A stretch of 64,000 nucleotides of DNA, from assembly GCA_040326155.1 (NCBI GenBank), contig JBEQLE010000003.1, forward strand, positions 45,387 to 109,386, read 5' to 3'. This stretch comes from Leptospirales bacterium (lineage in GTDB: Bacteria > Spirochaetota > Leptospiria > Turneriellales > JAOUFE01). Numbering within the stretch: position 1 is the first letter of the stretch; every line of letters begins with the position of its first letter. The notes below the pieces were generated by a model that saw only the letters and a list, made by a program, of their open reading frames with translations, ran no database searches and was not told where the DNA came from. Shown here piece after piece: positions 23,572-32,597 of the stretch. Both the position numbers and the translations under genes were made by a program.

Positions 23572-23653
23572 CGGTCAAATACCGCAGTGCGAACACCGAT
23601 CGTTTATACCTTAACGCTACGTAAACACTCTGCTGTTCGCTGGCCATACTCTT
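23572..23653 (-). ncRNA. Candidate structured cis-regulatory RNA, copy 1 (upstream of atp operon)
   Basis: 52/83 identity with 34445-34526 by manual alignment, compensatory stems, and an adjoining hairpin plus U6 at 23552-23576. Confidence 0.45.
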
Positions 23654-23771
23654 ATTCTTTTTAGGAAGGGGGAAAGGCGGTTTTTGAAACCACTTGACCA
23701 ATGGAGTGACATGATTCAAATACCCGAATTGTGATCGTAATTATATTCTTTAAACCGCAAGGTGGTAATAT

Positions 23772-25385
23772 ATGAGTCTGGAACGAAAGACAATTTATCT
23801 ATCGACTTTTTTGTATCTATTTTCAATTGCCACGATTGTAAACCAAACCGCACCGGGAAATTCCAAATCTGAGACTAGAGTAATTTTCGAAACGGAAAAT
23901 CAGCACAACTATTGTAAAAGCCCGTATAATTCCGATTTCATTATCTCCCGCAACGGAAATTCCTGGCAAGATCAAAAGAGTGGATCTTCGATGGCGTCGA
24001 AAGAGGATTATAAACTTTTACTCAAGTATGCCGACGAAGGAGAAGTAAAAGAACTCAAAGCCCTGATAAACAAGTCTGGCGTAGATCTCAACCACACTGA
24101 CAGATCTGGAGATACTGCCTTGCATCTGGCTGCCTCGCGTGGTCACCTGGAAGTGGTTCAACTGTTGGTTGCCTCCGGCGCCAATGTCAATGTGCAAAAC
24201 CTTCATAGAAAATCTTCCCCGCTGCACAATGCAGCATACAACGGCCATCTTGGTATTGTAGAGTACTTGCTGAAAAACAACGCTGAAGTCGATATTGCGG
24301 ATAATTCTGGTCAAACCCCTTTATCTTTTGCCGCACGCCAGGGTAAGCTCAATGTATTTAAAGAGCTGCTGCGCCACGGCGCCGACATAAACACCCGAAA
24401 TAGTTATGAGATGGGAGTACTGCATTGGGCAGTATATTCAAAATCGGCAGAACTTGTGGAATATATTTTAAGCTATAAAAAATCCGGCGGCAAGGACTAT
24501 GAAATTGACGTCAATGCAAAAAACAGGACGCTGGAGACACCGCTTCATATTGCAGCCAAAAAGGGATTATTGACCATTGCAAAACTGCTTCTTAAATATG
24601 GGGCCGACCCGACCCTCGAAAATTCGAGCTGGGATACACCATACAATCTTGCGAAATATTCCCATCCGGAGACGGCGAAAATTGTAGATCCTCTCCATTT
24701 TCAATACACGGATGCGCAGTTAAAAGCATTTAAAAAGATTCATAACTATAAAGTTTTACTGATTGCCGGTGATTCAAGCATCGATGCCTTTGACAATGCC
24801 AGGGAAAAAATACAAAGGATTTTGATCCGGCATGGCGTAAAAACACAAAACATTAAACAATTAACTCGAAAAAAGAATAAAACCAACTCCCGGGTTTTAC
24901 TCGCAACAAATTCCAATATCGAAAAATCTTTTAAAGAGTTAAACATAGGCAGAAATGACATCTGTTTTATATTTATGACAAGCCATGGAAATGACACCGG
25001 GTTTATGCTGGGCGACCTCAATATGATCACTCCTTCGCAAATGGATACCTGGATAAACAGCTACTGTAAAAGCCAACCGACGATATTGATTGTTTCGGCA
25101 TGTTACTCCGGTATTTTTCTAAAACCCGGTATGCGCCGGGCGAATAGAGTTATTTTAACGGCCTCCCGTGATGATAAAACTTCCTTTGGTTGTGGCGCGG
25201 AAGAAGAGTACACTTACTATGACACCTGCTTGATCGACAGTCTGGGTAGCAGTAAAAACTGGAAAGAGGTGGCGAATTCAAATAAAGCCTGTATAGATCG
25301 AAAAGAGAAGAACATGAGCGAATTTTCTTATCCGCAGTCTTATTTTGGAGTGAAAACAGGTTACATTTCCTGGTTCCAGGAATAG
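23772..25385 (+). CDS. Ankyrin-repeat protein fused to a C13 (legumain/caspase-clan CD) peptidase domain
   Basis: About six ankyrin repeats (GDTALHLAA, SPLHNAA, GQTPLSFAA, ETPLHIAA); C-terminal FMTSHG, VSACYSG and TASRDDKTSFGC. Confidence 0.88.
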   Translation: MSLERKTIYLSTFLYLFSIATIVNQTAPGNSKSETRVIFETENQHNYCKSPYNSDFIISRNGNSWQDQKSGSSMASKEDYKLLLKYADEGEVKELKALINKSGVDLNHTDRSGDTALHLAASRGHLEVVQLLVASGANVNVQNLHRKSSPLHNAAYNGHLGIVEYLLKNNAEVDIADNSGQTPLSFAARQGKLNVFKELLRHGADINTRNSYEMGVLHWAVYSKSAELVEYILSYKKSGGKDYEIDVNAKNRTLETPLHIAAKKGLLTIAKLLLKYGADPTLENSSWDTPYNLAKYSHPETAKIVDPLHFQYTDAQLKAFKKIHNYKVLLIAGDSSIDAFDNAREKIQRILIRHGVKTQNIKQLTRKKNKTNSRVLLATNSNIEKSFKELNIGRNDICFIFMTSHGNDTGFMLGDLNMITPSQMDTWINSYCKSQPTILIVSACYSGIFLKPGMRRANRVILTASRDDKTSFGCGAEEEYTYYDTCLIDSLGSSKNWKEVANSNKACIDRKEKNMSEFSYPQSYFGVKTGYISWFQE

Positions 25386-25402
25386 TAGGTCGTAAATGAC
25401 TC

Positions 25403-26248
25403 TTATAAATCCTGTCTGTTTTTTACTATTTTGTCAATAGCATACAAAGACTTTACAAATGGAACAAGGTCAGCGAGCGGCAGTTGCGTAGTTGAATCTG
25501 ATAAAGCTTTTTCAGGGTTGGAATGAATTTCCATAAATACTCCATCGACGCCGACAGCCGCAGCGGCGCGACCGATTGGAAAGGCCATTGCACGGTCTCC
25601 CCCGGTCTGTGTTCCCCCGCCGGGAAGTTGAGTCGAATGTGTAATATCGATTACGACGGGAACACCTTCTCTACGAATCATTTCGATGGCGCGCATATCA
25701 ACGACAAGATTATTATAACCAAAAGTATAACCGCGTTCACAGATAGTTATTTTATCAGAACCCGATTGACGAAATTTATCAACGATCATTAATGCGTCTT
25801 TAGGCGCCATAAATTGGCCTTTTTTAACATTCACCCACCTACCTGTTTTTGCTGCGGCAACAATTAGATCGGTCTGGCGCGATAAAAAAGCGGGTATCTG
25901 AATCATGTCAATTACTTCTGCTGCCTGCTCCGCCTCTTCCGGAGAGTGAACATCGGTAACAAGGGGAAAACCATACCGCTCTTTTATATTCTGCAGCATC
26001 TTAAGCCCTTTCTCAATTCCAGGGCCACGGTAAGAGGTGATACTGCTACGGTTTGCTTTATCGTAAGAAGATTTAAAAAATATTCCTACCGGAACTTCTT
26101 TTTCAAGTTCTTTTAAAGTTGCGGCAGCCTTATCTAATTCTTCTTCATTTTCTATAGCACAAGGTCCGGCAATTAAAAAAAATGGGTTCGAACCGCCAAT
26201 TTTAATATCTCCAGGAAGAGTTTTTTCGGGAACAACTGGTATTATCAT
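25403..26248 (-). CDS. kdsA: KDO 8-phosphate synthase
   Basis: IAGPC, KSSYDKANRSS, QIPAFLSRQTD, KKGQF and ERG motifs; start taken at the ATG overlapping the upstream stop. Confidence 0.97.
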   Translation of the reverse strand: MIIPVVPEKTLPGDIKIGGSNPFFLIAGPCAIENEEELDKAAATLKELEKEVPVGIFFKSSYDKANRSSITSYRGPGIEKGLKMLQNIKERYGFPLVTDVHSPEEAEQAAEVIDMIQIPAFLSRQTDLIVAAAKTGRWVNVKKGQFMAPKDALMIVDKFRQSGSDKITICERGYTFGYNNLVVDMRAIEMIRREGVPVVIDITHSTQLPGGGTQTGGDRAMAFPIGRAAAAVGVDGVFMEIHSNPEKALSDSTTQLPLADLVPFVKSLYAIDKIVKNRQDL

Positions 26249-26619
26249 TTTAATTTCCTTTTTAAGCCCGACCCGGATATGTGCGTAACCAAAGCGCAAT
26301 GTCCGGGTTCGGTATGTAGTTTACGAATAATGGATGTTCTATATTTTTGCTCAGCGGCTTTCGGATATAATTCCAATAATCGTGTTTTAATATTCTGTTC
26401 TGCAATTTTACAAGCTTGTTCCGTTTGCACCGTATATGGTACATCGCTATTTTCCGGTTCCCCGGTAACTACCAACTGTAATGTATCATTGTTTATCCAG
26501 TAATTGTCAGATATAATAGAAGCTCCAGAATTATTTCGGGAAGGACCCAGGCTTTCACAACCTGTAAACAGCAAAACTGAAACAAATATTAATACTAATT
26601 TTAATTTATAGTTGCTCAC
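26245..26619 (-). CDS. Hypothetical lipoprotein
   Basis: GTG start overlapping the hemH stop; lipobox LLFTGC. Confidence 0.7.
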   Translation of the reverse strand: MSNYKLKLVLIFVSVLLFTGCESLGPSRNNSGASIISDNYWINNDTLQLVVTGEPENSDVPYTVQTEQACKIAEQNIKTRLLELYPKAAEQKYRTSIIRKLHTEPGHCALVTHISGSGLKRKLK

Positions 26620-27638
26620 AAAACCTCTCCAGCCCATTGCGATATTGCATTCACCCACGGAGTTGTACTATTTAAACAAGGAACAAAAGTATACTTTTTT
26701 CCCCCTGCGTTTAAAAAATAATCTTTGCCTCGAATTTGCAACTCTTCGAGTGTTTCCAAATTGTCCGTAACAAAACCGGGCGCAATAACCACCAGCGACT
26801 TCACCCCTTTTTTGGGAATCTGTGTTAATACGCTTTCCGTAGACGGGCCAATCCACTCACCACGCATGGCAGACTGGTACGAGATGCTGTATTGACCTTC
26901 TTTCAATTTTAGCTTTTCGGCCAGTTTTAACGTTGTACGATAAGTCTGAGCTTTATAACAGTAAACAAAAGCTTCAGATTCTATATGGCAACAATTTTCC
27001 TTCTGCAAACAATGATTTTTTGTCGGGTCTGTTTTAACAAGATGACGATTAGGCAGGCTATGATATGTAAATAGAATATGGTCGAATTTCTTTGTAACAA
27101 AAGGTTTCGCATTTGCAATTATTGCATTCAAATATTGAGCATTCTCAAAATAAGGTTCTTTAATATCGACCGACAAATTACTAAATTTTTGACAGACACT
27201 TTTGAACTCTTCTACAACCGACTCATAAGTAGACATAGCATAATGGGGAAACATAGGCACGGCAAAAACCTGGCGAATGCCTTGTGAATACAATTCTTTT
27301 ACGGTTTGGCTTATCGAAGGGTTTCCATAACGCATTGCCATAGCCGTTTGAAATTTGGTTTTTTTTTCAACCAAAGAAGCCAACTTTTGTGTTTCGCTTT
27401 TCAACGGAGACCCTGAGTTGGTCCAGATTTTTTTATAAAAGGCAGCTGACTTTTTCGCTCGAAACGGAACAATAATAACCCGCACTAATAAACTTCGAAA
27501 AACCCAGGGAATATCAATAACCCTTTTGTCCATTAAAAATTGACGTAAATAAGAAGCTACATCGCCAGTGTTAATAGAATTCGGCGACCCGGTATTTATA
27601 AGTAATATTGCTTTCTCTTCGTTTTTCAAAGACCTCAT
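26616..27638 (-). CDS. hemH: Ferrochelatase
   Basis: LLINTGSP, SPL, AMRYGNP, HSLP, SYQS, WIGP and DNLETLEE motifs. Confidence 0.96.
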   Translation of the reverse strand: MRSLKNEEKAILLINTGSPNSINTGDVASYLRQFLMDKRVIDIPWVFRSLLVRVIIVPFRAKKSAAFYKKIWTNSGSPLKSETQKLASLVEKKTKFQTAMAMRYGNPSISQTVKELYSQGIRQVFAVPMFPHYAMSTYESVVEEFKSVCQKFSNLSVDIKEPYFENAQYLNAIIANAKPFVTKKFDHILFTYHSLPNRHLVKTDPTKNHCLQKENCCHIESEAFVYCYKAQTYRTTLKLAEKLKLKEGQYSISYQSAMRGEWIGPSTESVLTQIPKKGVKSLVVIAPGFVTDNLETLEELQIRGKDYFLNAGGKKYTFVPCLNSTTPWVNAISQWAGEVL

Positions 27639-28282
27639 GGGTATAGTCTCCGAATTGCCCATGAGCCATTCTGCGGTTCATAAACCAGACGGTCATGCAA
27701 ACGGTTCGGTCTACCCTGCCAAAATTCAAAATATTCGGGTTGTAAAATAAAACCACCCCAAAAATCCGGTAGTGGAATATCTTTACCTTTATATTCTTTG
27801 TCCAGTTCCTGGTATTTATTTTCTAAAATCTCACGATTTAAAAGTGTCTGACTTTGTTTTGATGAATACGCCCCAATTTGAGACTCCCTTGGACGAGTTT
27901 CAAAATATTCAGCGGATTCTTCGCGACTGACTTTTTTAACCGGGCCCATTATTTTTACCTGGCGTTCCATTTCACCCCAGTAAAATAACATGGACGCATA
28001 AGGATTTTCTTCAAGTTCTTTTGCTTTTTTGCTGGAATAATTGGTAAAAAAAATAAAGCCTTGGTCGGTAAAGGTTTTTAACAATACTACTCGTGCATTT
28101 GGCTTTCCACCTGATACCGTAGACAGAGTTAAGGCGTTACCATCGACCACTTTCGCATCAATAGCCTGATTAAACCAGGACTCAAACTGTTTAACAGGAT
28201 CGGCATTTAATTCACTTTCAAGAAGCCCGTTCTTTAAATAATCTCGTCTGATATTTTGAAAATATTGTCTATCGCCATGCAT
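27635..28282 (-). CDS. pdxH: Pyridoxamine 5'-phosphate oxidase
   Basis: RVVLLK, FFTNYSSKK and EFWQGRPNRLHDR motifs. Confidence 0.97.
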   Translation of the reverse strand: MHGDRQYFQNIRRDYLKNGLLESELNADPVKQFESWFNQAIDAKVVDGNALTLSTVSGGKPNARVVLLKTFTDQGFIFFTNYSSKKAKELEENPYASMLFYWGEMERQVKIMGPVKKVSREESAEYFETRPRESQIGAYSSKQSQTLLNREILENKYQELDKEYKGKDIPLPDFWGGFILQPEYFEFWQGRPNRLHDRLVYEPQNGSWAIRRLYP

Positions 28283-28336
28283 ATTGTCACAGGAAAATAA
28301 TATTCTATTGCAATGTAAACCAGATTATATAAAGAG

Positions 28337-29320
28337 TTGTCGTCTTATAGTTTTATATCATTCTGGGTTGTGTTGCAGCCCACCAGCCAGACAAATACGG
28401 AAACGACAAAACTTAATATAAAAGCTGCTATATTTTCAACTCTTGTCTCCTCTGTACTATTTTCAATTAAAATAACTACCGGGCTTGTTACCGGGTCCAT
28501 CGCGATACTGGCCTCAGCACTTGATTCCGCGTTTGACTTTTTAAGCTCTTCGGTGAACTTTTACGCTATAAAACATGCGGCGAAGCCGGCAGACGCTCAA
28601 CACCGTTTCGGTCACGGAAAAGCCGAAGCGCTGGCTGGTTTTGTCCAAAGTATAATCATTTTCGGCTCCGCAGGTTATTTAATCTACGAAAGTTTTCAGA
28701 GGTTTTTTACAAACAACGAAGTGTCCAAAGTTCTGGAGGGAATTATAGTAATGGCAATCAGCATTGCTTTAACCGTTGCCTTAGTCTCTTACCAGTCCTA
28801 CGTCCATAAAAAAAGTAAATCTATTGCCATAGCAGCCGACCGATTGCATTACATTACGGATATTCTAGCGAATGCAGTTGTCATTGTCGCCTTGCTGGCG
28901 AGTAAACTTTTTAATTGGCAATGGGTAGACCCAGCCGGCGCTATGATTATAGCAATTTACATTATTAAATCGAGCATTGTAATTTTTCGCCAGAGTTTTG
29001 ACATACTTATGGATAAGGATATTTCAGATAGGTATCGAGACGATCTGAAGTCGGCAATGAAAAAAGTATCAGCAGAGATTCTTGGTTACCATGACTTGCG
29101 AAGCCGTTCTGCCGGGGGTGTGGACTTTATGGAGTTCCACATGGAAGTTCCGAAAGATATGACGGTAAAACAAAGCCACGATGTAGTAGAACGAACCATG
29201 ATAGAGTTACAAAGTATGCATCCTAACCTGGAATTAATTATACATACAGACCCTGCGGAACTAGACAAAAACGATGGTAAAGTAAAAATTTTCGACAGGG
29301 ATAAACCCAGGTTTTATTGA
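28337..29320 (+). CDS. Cation diffusion facilitator (FieF/YiiP-like) transporter
   Basis: ALDSAFD, HRFGHGKAE, ADRLHYITD and C-terminal ZT dimerisation domain. Confidence 0.93.
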   Translation: MSSYSFISFWVVLQPTSQTNTETTKLNIKAAIFSTLVSSVLFSIKITTGLVTGSIAILASALDSAFDFLSSSVNFYAIKHAAKPADAQHRFGHGKAEALAGFVQSIIIFGSAGYLIYESFQRFFTNNEVSKVLEGIIVMAISIALTVALVSYQSYVHKKSKSIAIAADRLHYITDILANAVVIVALLASKLFNWQWVDPAGAMIIAIYIIKSSIVIFRQSFDILMDKDISDRYRDDLKSAMKKVSAEILGYHDLRSRSAGGVDFMEFHMEVPKDMTVKQSHDVVERTMIELQSMHPNLELIIHTDPAELDKNDGKVKIFDRDKPRFY

Positions 29321-30195
29321 AAAGCCAATCTAACCAACGAAGTTAAAACCGGAAAAAATAAAATTCCATCCAATAATAAAATATAAGAAAGTTCAGACTT
29401 GAATCGAAAGTCTGACAGTGCCGAATATGTAATTATGACCACCAGGCATATTAGAGAGAGGACTTCACCGACAAGCAATATGGGGTCGCCAATGAAACTA
29501 TACCATTGCCATAAAAAATAAGCACCAACGACTGCAAACCCCGCCATGTAAATATAAATTCGACGCATACCTGCCCATACAGTAAAATTAAGTTTACCGG
29601 ACTCAATATCGCCTGGAACATCTTTCAAATCAAACAGTATAGCGTTAGATACATATATAAGAAAGCGAAAACCCGATAAATAGTAGATCGATTCGGGAAG
29701 TTCAAATTCCGGCTCTAAACTAAACGGTAAAATAAGAACTACGCAACCCCAGACCGTACCGATTAGCAAGGGTTTTAAAATAGCTAAATATCTTATATTC
29801 GATTCTCTTTTCGAACTTGAAAATATAATAATGTAAAATATAGATAATATAAATAGAAAAAAGTTGATAGCAATAAAAACAGGTGTATAAAAAAGAACTG
29901 GAAATAGTAATACGGGAATAGTAATAACCATAGAGATTATGATGAAACGACGGTTTTCAGAAAAAAATCGGGTTCGCTCTGGTTGGTTGCGAAAGTCAAT
30001 TTTTACCGATAAAATACGATCCAGGTTATATACGAATAAAGTTGAAAAAAATACAAAGAAGTAAAAAGGTGTCGGCAAAACCAGTTTATAATATCTGGAA
30101 GTTGTAAAAGCAAGGCCTGAAGCTAATAAGCCTAAGTATATAGGCGTATGGGCCAGAAAAGCAGCCCATACTTTTAACAGTTTATTCAAGTTCAA
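29314..30195 (-). CDS. UbiA prenyltransferase-like membrane protein
   Basis: Multi-TM with YNLDR..D...N.P.R and FDLKDVPGD Asp-rich motifs. Confidence 0.7.
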   Translation of the reverse strand: MNLNKLLKVWAAFLAHTPIYLGLLASGLAFTTSRYYKLVLPTPFYFFVFFSTLFVYNLDRILSVKIDFRNQPERTRFFSENRRFIIISMVITIPVLLFPVLFYTPVFIAINFFLFILSIFYIIIFSSSKRESNIRYLAILKPLLIGTVWGCVVLILPFSLEPEFELPESIYYLSGFRFLIYVSNAILFDLKDVPGDIESGKLNFTVWAGMRRIYIYMAGFAVVGAYFLWQWYSFIGDPILLVGEVLSLICLVVIITYSALSDFRFKSELSYILLLDGILFFPVLTSLVRLAFQ

Positions 30196-30886
30196 TCATA
30201 TAGAGCCGGTCGGCTCGTTTTGAAGTTTTTTCATTTTTGACCTTGTTTTCAAGTTGTATAATAGCTTTTCGCATATATTGTTTATACACCAAAACTAAAC
30301 CGGTACGGTCCCGATGTCGATCAAGATCGGTAAAAACAAACCTGTCTTTTTCTTCAAAAGTTAATTCCGCATCGCTTGCTTCCGAATAGACAATAATAAG
30401 ATCATCATTTGGGTCTGCATTTAAATTATCTCCAGAAAAAGGCGTGGGGTTTATAAGTTCACGGCGTTCCAATAGAAAAGTACCACCATAAGGGTTAAAA
30501 CGGTCATATTGTAACTTTACTTCTTTAAGTTTATCATCTTCAATGGTAAGAAGAATAATCGATGTAAATAAATACTTTTCACCATTCCACCGATACCCTT
30601 CCCCTGAATCAATATCTAATTTTAACTCTTTGATACCATTCTGGTTGTCTTTTATAGAACTGGAAATGTACGGTATAAAAACATTAGCCCGTTTATGAAG
30701 CATATCAAGTTCAGCGTCGGCATACTGAGAATCGGCTATAGCCTTCGTCAATTTTTTTTGTTCATACCTGGCCTCCGCCGTCAACCCGGAAATACCGCTG
30801 AAATCAATCGAAAAAGGATCTTGTGCCAGCAAACCGGTCGTAATGGCGACAACTGCAATGAAAATATAGAATAATTGTTTTCCCAT
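30182..30886 (-). CDS. Exported protein of unknown function, possibly a spirochaete flagellar-sheath (FcpB-like) family member
   Basis: AGGAG RBS before ATG 30886; signal peptide ending LLAQ; sigma-28-like -10 (TCCGATAA) upstream; family assignment is from recollection only. Confidence 0.45.
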   Translation of the reverse strand: MGKQLFYIFIAVVAITTGLLAQDPFSIDFSGISGLTAEARYEQKKLTKAIADSQYADAELDMLHKRANVFIPYISSSIKDNQNGIKELKLDIDSGEGYRWNGEKYLFTSIILLTIEDDKLKEVKLQYDRFNPYGGTFLLERRELINPTPFSGDNLNADPNDDLIIVYSEASDAELTFEEKDRFVFTDLDRHRDRTGLVLVYKQYMRKAIIQLENKVKNEKTSKRADRLYMIELE

Positions 30887-30996
30887 AGAAACTACTCCTG
30901 ATAAACCGCGAGGCCTACCTATATTATCGGAATCCAGGTTGCCAAACCTCATGCAGATCTAATTTTTTCAAAATAGAGCGATTATTTTTTGTATAG

Positions 30997-31500
30997 TTAT
31001 TTTCCGTACTGTTTTTCTTTTTCTGGTACGTCGGTATTCCAGGTATGGTAAGGAAATGTCCGCTTTGCCGAGATGGTGCCTTTATCACTTTCGTAGTCAA
31101 TATCAACGTGTAGAATTCCGTAGCCTCTTTGCTCCACCTTGACATCAACAGGATGAATGACTTCATCACATAATTTGTATCGATTGGTTGTATTACCGTT
31201 TAACTGAAGATCGCCTTCAACGGATAGATTAATAACCATAGAGTTGCATTTTTCAACCGGAAAAATACCAATCTTTACTGTTGTAAAAAGTTCAGGCAAA
31301 ATTTTTCCCTCTCGATCTACGGAAACTTTTACCCCCGAAGTAGTAGAGGTCATTTCTACTCTTGGCCGGTGAATTCTAACACCTGCAATTTTCATGGAAA
31401 CGACCGTAAAAACCGCAGCGGCAATACTGACGGACAATATTCCGACTACCGTAAATATCGTGTTAAGCTTTTTCTTTCTTTTCTTTTCATCAGAATCCAT
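30997..31500 (-). CDS. Membrane-anchored beta-sandwich protein (paralog 3)
   Basis: N-terminal TM; beta-rich domain similar to 32023-32586 (C.S...GDL..NG...C...H). Confidence 0.7.
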   Translation of the reverse strand: MDSDEKKRKKKLNTIFTVVGILSVSIAAAVFTVVSMKIAGVRIHRPRVEMTSTTSGVKVSVDREGKILPELFTTVKIGIFPVEKCNSMVINLSVEGDLQLNGNTTNRYKLCDEVIHPVDVKVEQRGYGILHVDIDYESDKGTISAKRTFPYHTWNTDVPEKEKQYGK

Positions 31501-31595
31501 AGTTTACTCCGTAACCAATTCCCGCGCAGAAGCCGAGATGAATTGTATATTCAGATTCAAGTAAAAATTGCTATCGATGCAGTAAACCTATTTAA

Positions 31596-32081
31596 TTAAT
31601 TCAGGCGACCGCCGCCATTGAAGTAGATCGATTGTGAATTTGATATGATTTTGCCATTTTGCTCGATAATAACATCAATCGCCATAAACATTCTGCCTTT
31701 TTTGGTAAGTTTCACTGTAAACTCAAAAGTGTGAATATCCGTTAACTCGATCGGTCCTTCGACTATTATTTTTCTTTTTCCACTTTTCCATTTTATACCG
31801 TCATTTAAAATACGCGCTCGAATAATCATTTTCGAACCTTTCTGAGCGGGTTTAATAGAAACTTTTACCGGAATTTCCGTAAATAAAGGATGTTCTGTCG
31901 GGTAATCTACGGAAAAAAATGCAACGCCGGTAATTTTAGCTGTGGGAGTTTCTGCTTCGGAATATTGTATGGAGTTTGCTGCGTGACAGGAAAAAAGGAA
32001 CAAGCTCACTACAAGAGCAAAACTACTCAACCGGTATAACAATAATTTTTTGACCATTTTCTGTTTCCAAAAGTTCATCAA
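31596..32081 (-). CDS. Putative lipoprotein, beta-sandwich (paralog 2); true start likely downstream
   Basis: Lipobox-like LFLFSC; alternating beta-strand pattern like its neighbours. Confidence 0.65.
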   Translation of the reverse strand: MMNFWKQKMVKKLLLYRLSSFALVVSLFLFSCHAANSIQYSEAETPTAKITGVAFFSVDYPTEHPLFTEIPVKVSIKPAQKGSKMIIRARILNDGIKWKSGKRKIIVEGPIELTDIHTFEFTVKLTKKGRMFMAIDVIIEQNGKIISNSQSIYFNGGGRLN

Positions 32082-32586
32082 CGGGAGCTGTTGTGTCTGC
32101 GCCGGCTATTGTTGAAAAATAGATTGCTTTCGAACTCTGGTATGTTGCTGAGTTTATCGATACAAATTCTACGTCTACGATTAAAAAACCAGTTTTTTCC
32201 GACGGAAGGTTTACTGTTACATCGTGTGTATAATTTTCACATACACCGGAAGACTTTATTGTTGAGCCATTGAAATTCAAATCTCCTCGAATTCGTATAC
32301 TTGATTGAATGCTTGTGCAAGGCATAGCCGCCGATATTTGAACAGTGACAGGAACATTTACATTTGCGCTGATTTGCCCCGAAATGGAAGGTACAATATA
32401 GACAAACTGAGGTTTTCCATCATTATAGGGATTAACCGGCGTTTCGTAGATACTCTGTTTGGAACTGCTTCCAGCTATTAAACTATATACAACGGCACAA
32501 ATGGGTATAACCACCGCTAATGCGCCAAAAATATAAAACATGCGCACCGGTGATTTAGATTTACAATTTATATTATTATCTCTCAT
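32023..32586 (-). CDS. Membrane-anchored beta-sandwich protein (paralog 1)
   Basis: N-terminal TM; beta-rich domain with paired Cys. Confidence 0.7.
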   Translation of the reverse strand: MRDNNINCKSKSPVRMFYIFGALAVVIPICAVVYSLIAGSSSKQSIYETPVNPYNDGKPQFVYIVPSISGQISANVNVPVTVQISAAMPCTSIQSSIRIRGDLNFNGSTIKSSGVCENYTHDVTVNLPSEKTGFLIVDVEFVSINSATYQSSKAIYFSTIAGADTTAPVDELLETENGQKIIVIPVE

Positions 32587-32597
32587 TTTCTAAGTTC

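Noticed and set aside
23572..23653. Calling the repeated element a THF or c-di-GMP-I riboswitch
   Set aside because: It lacks the THF extended P3 with the GGGAUG/CAUCC pseudoknot and the GEMM GNRA-tetraloop/receptor layout; only short words match
23531..23719. Short ORFs (23531-23719 minus, 23476-23664 plus) across the repeated element
   Set aside because: No recognisable protein features, and the reading frame is not preserved in the homologous copy
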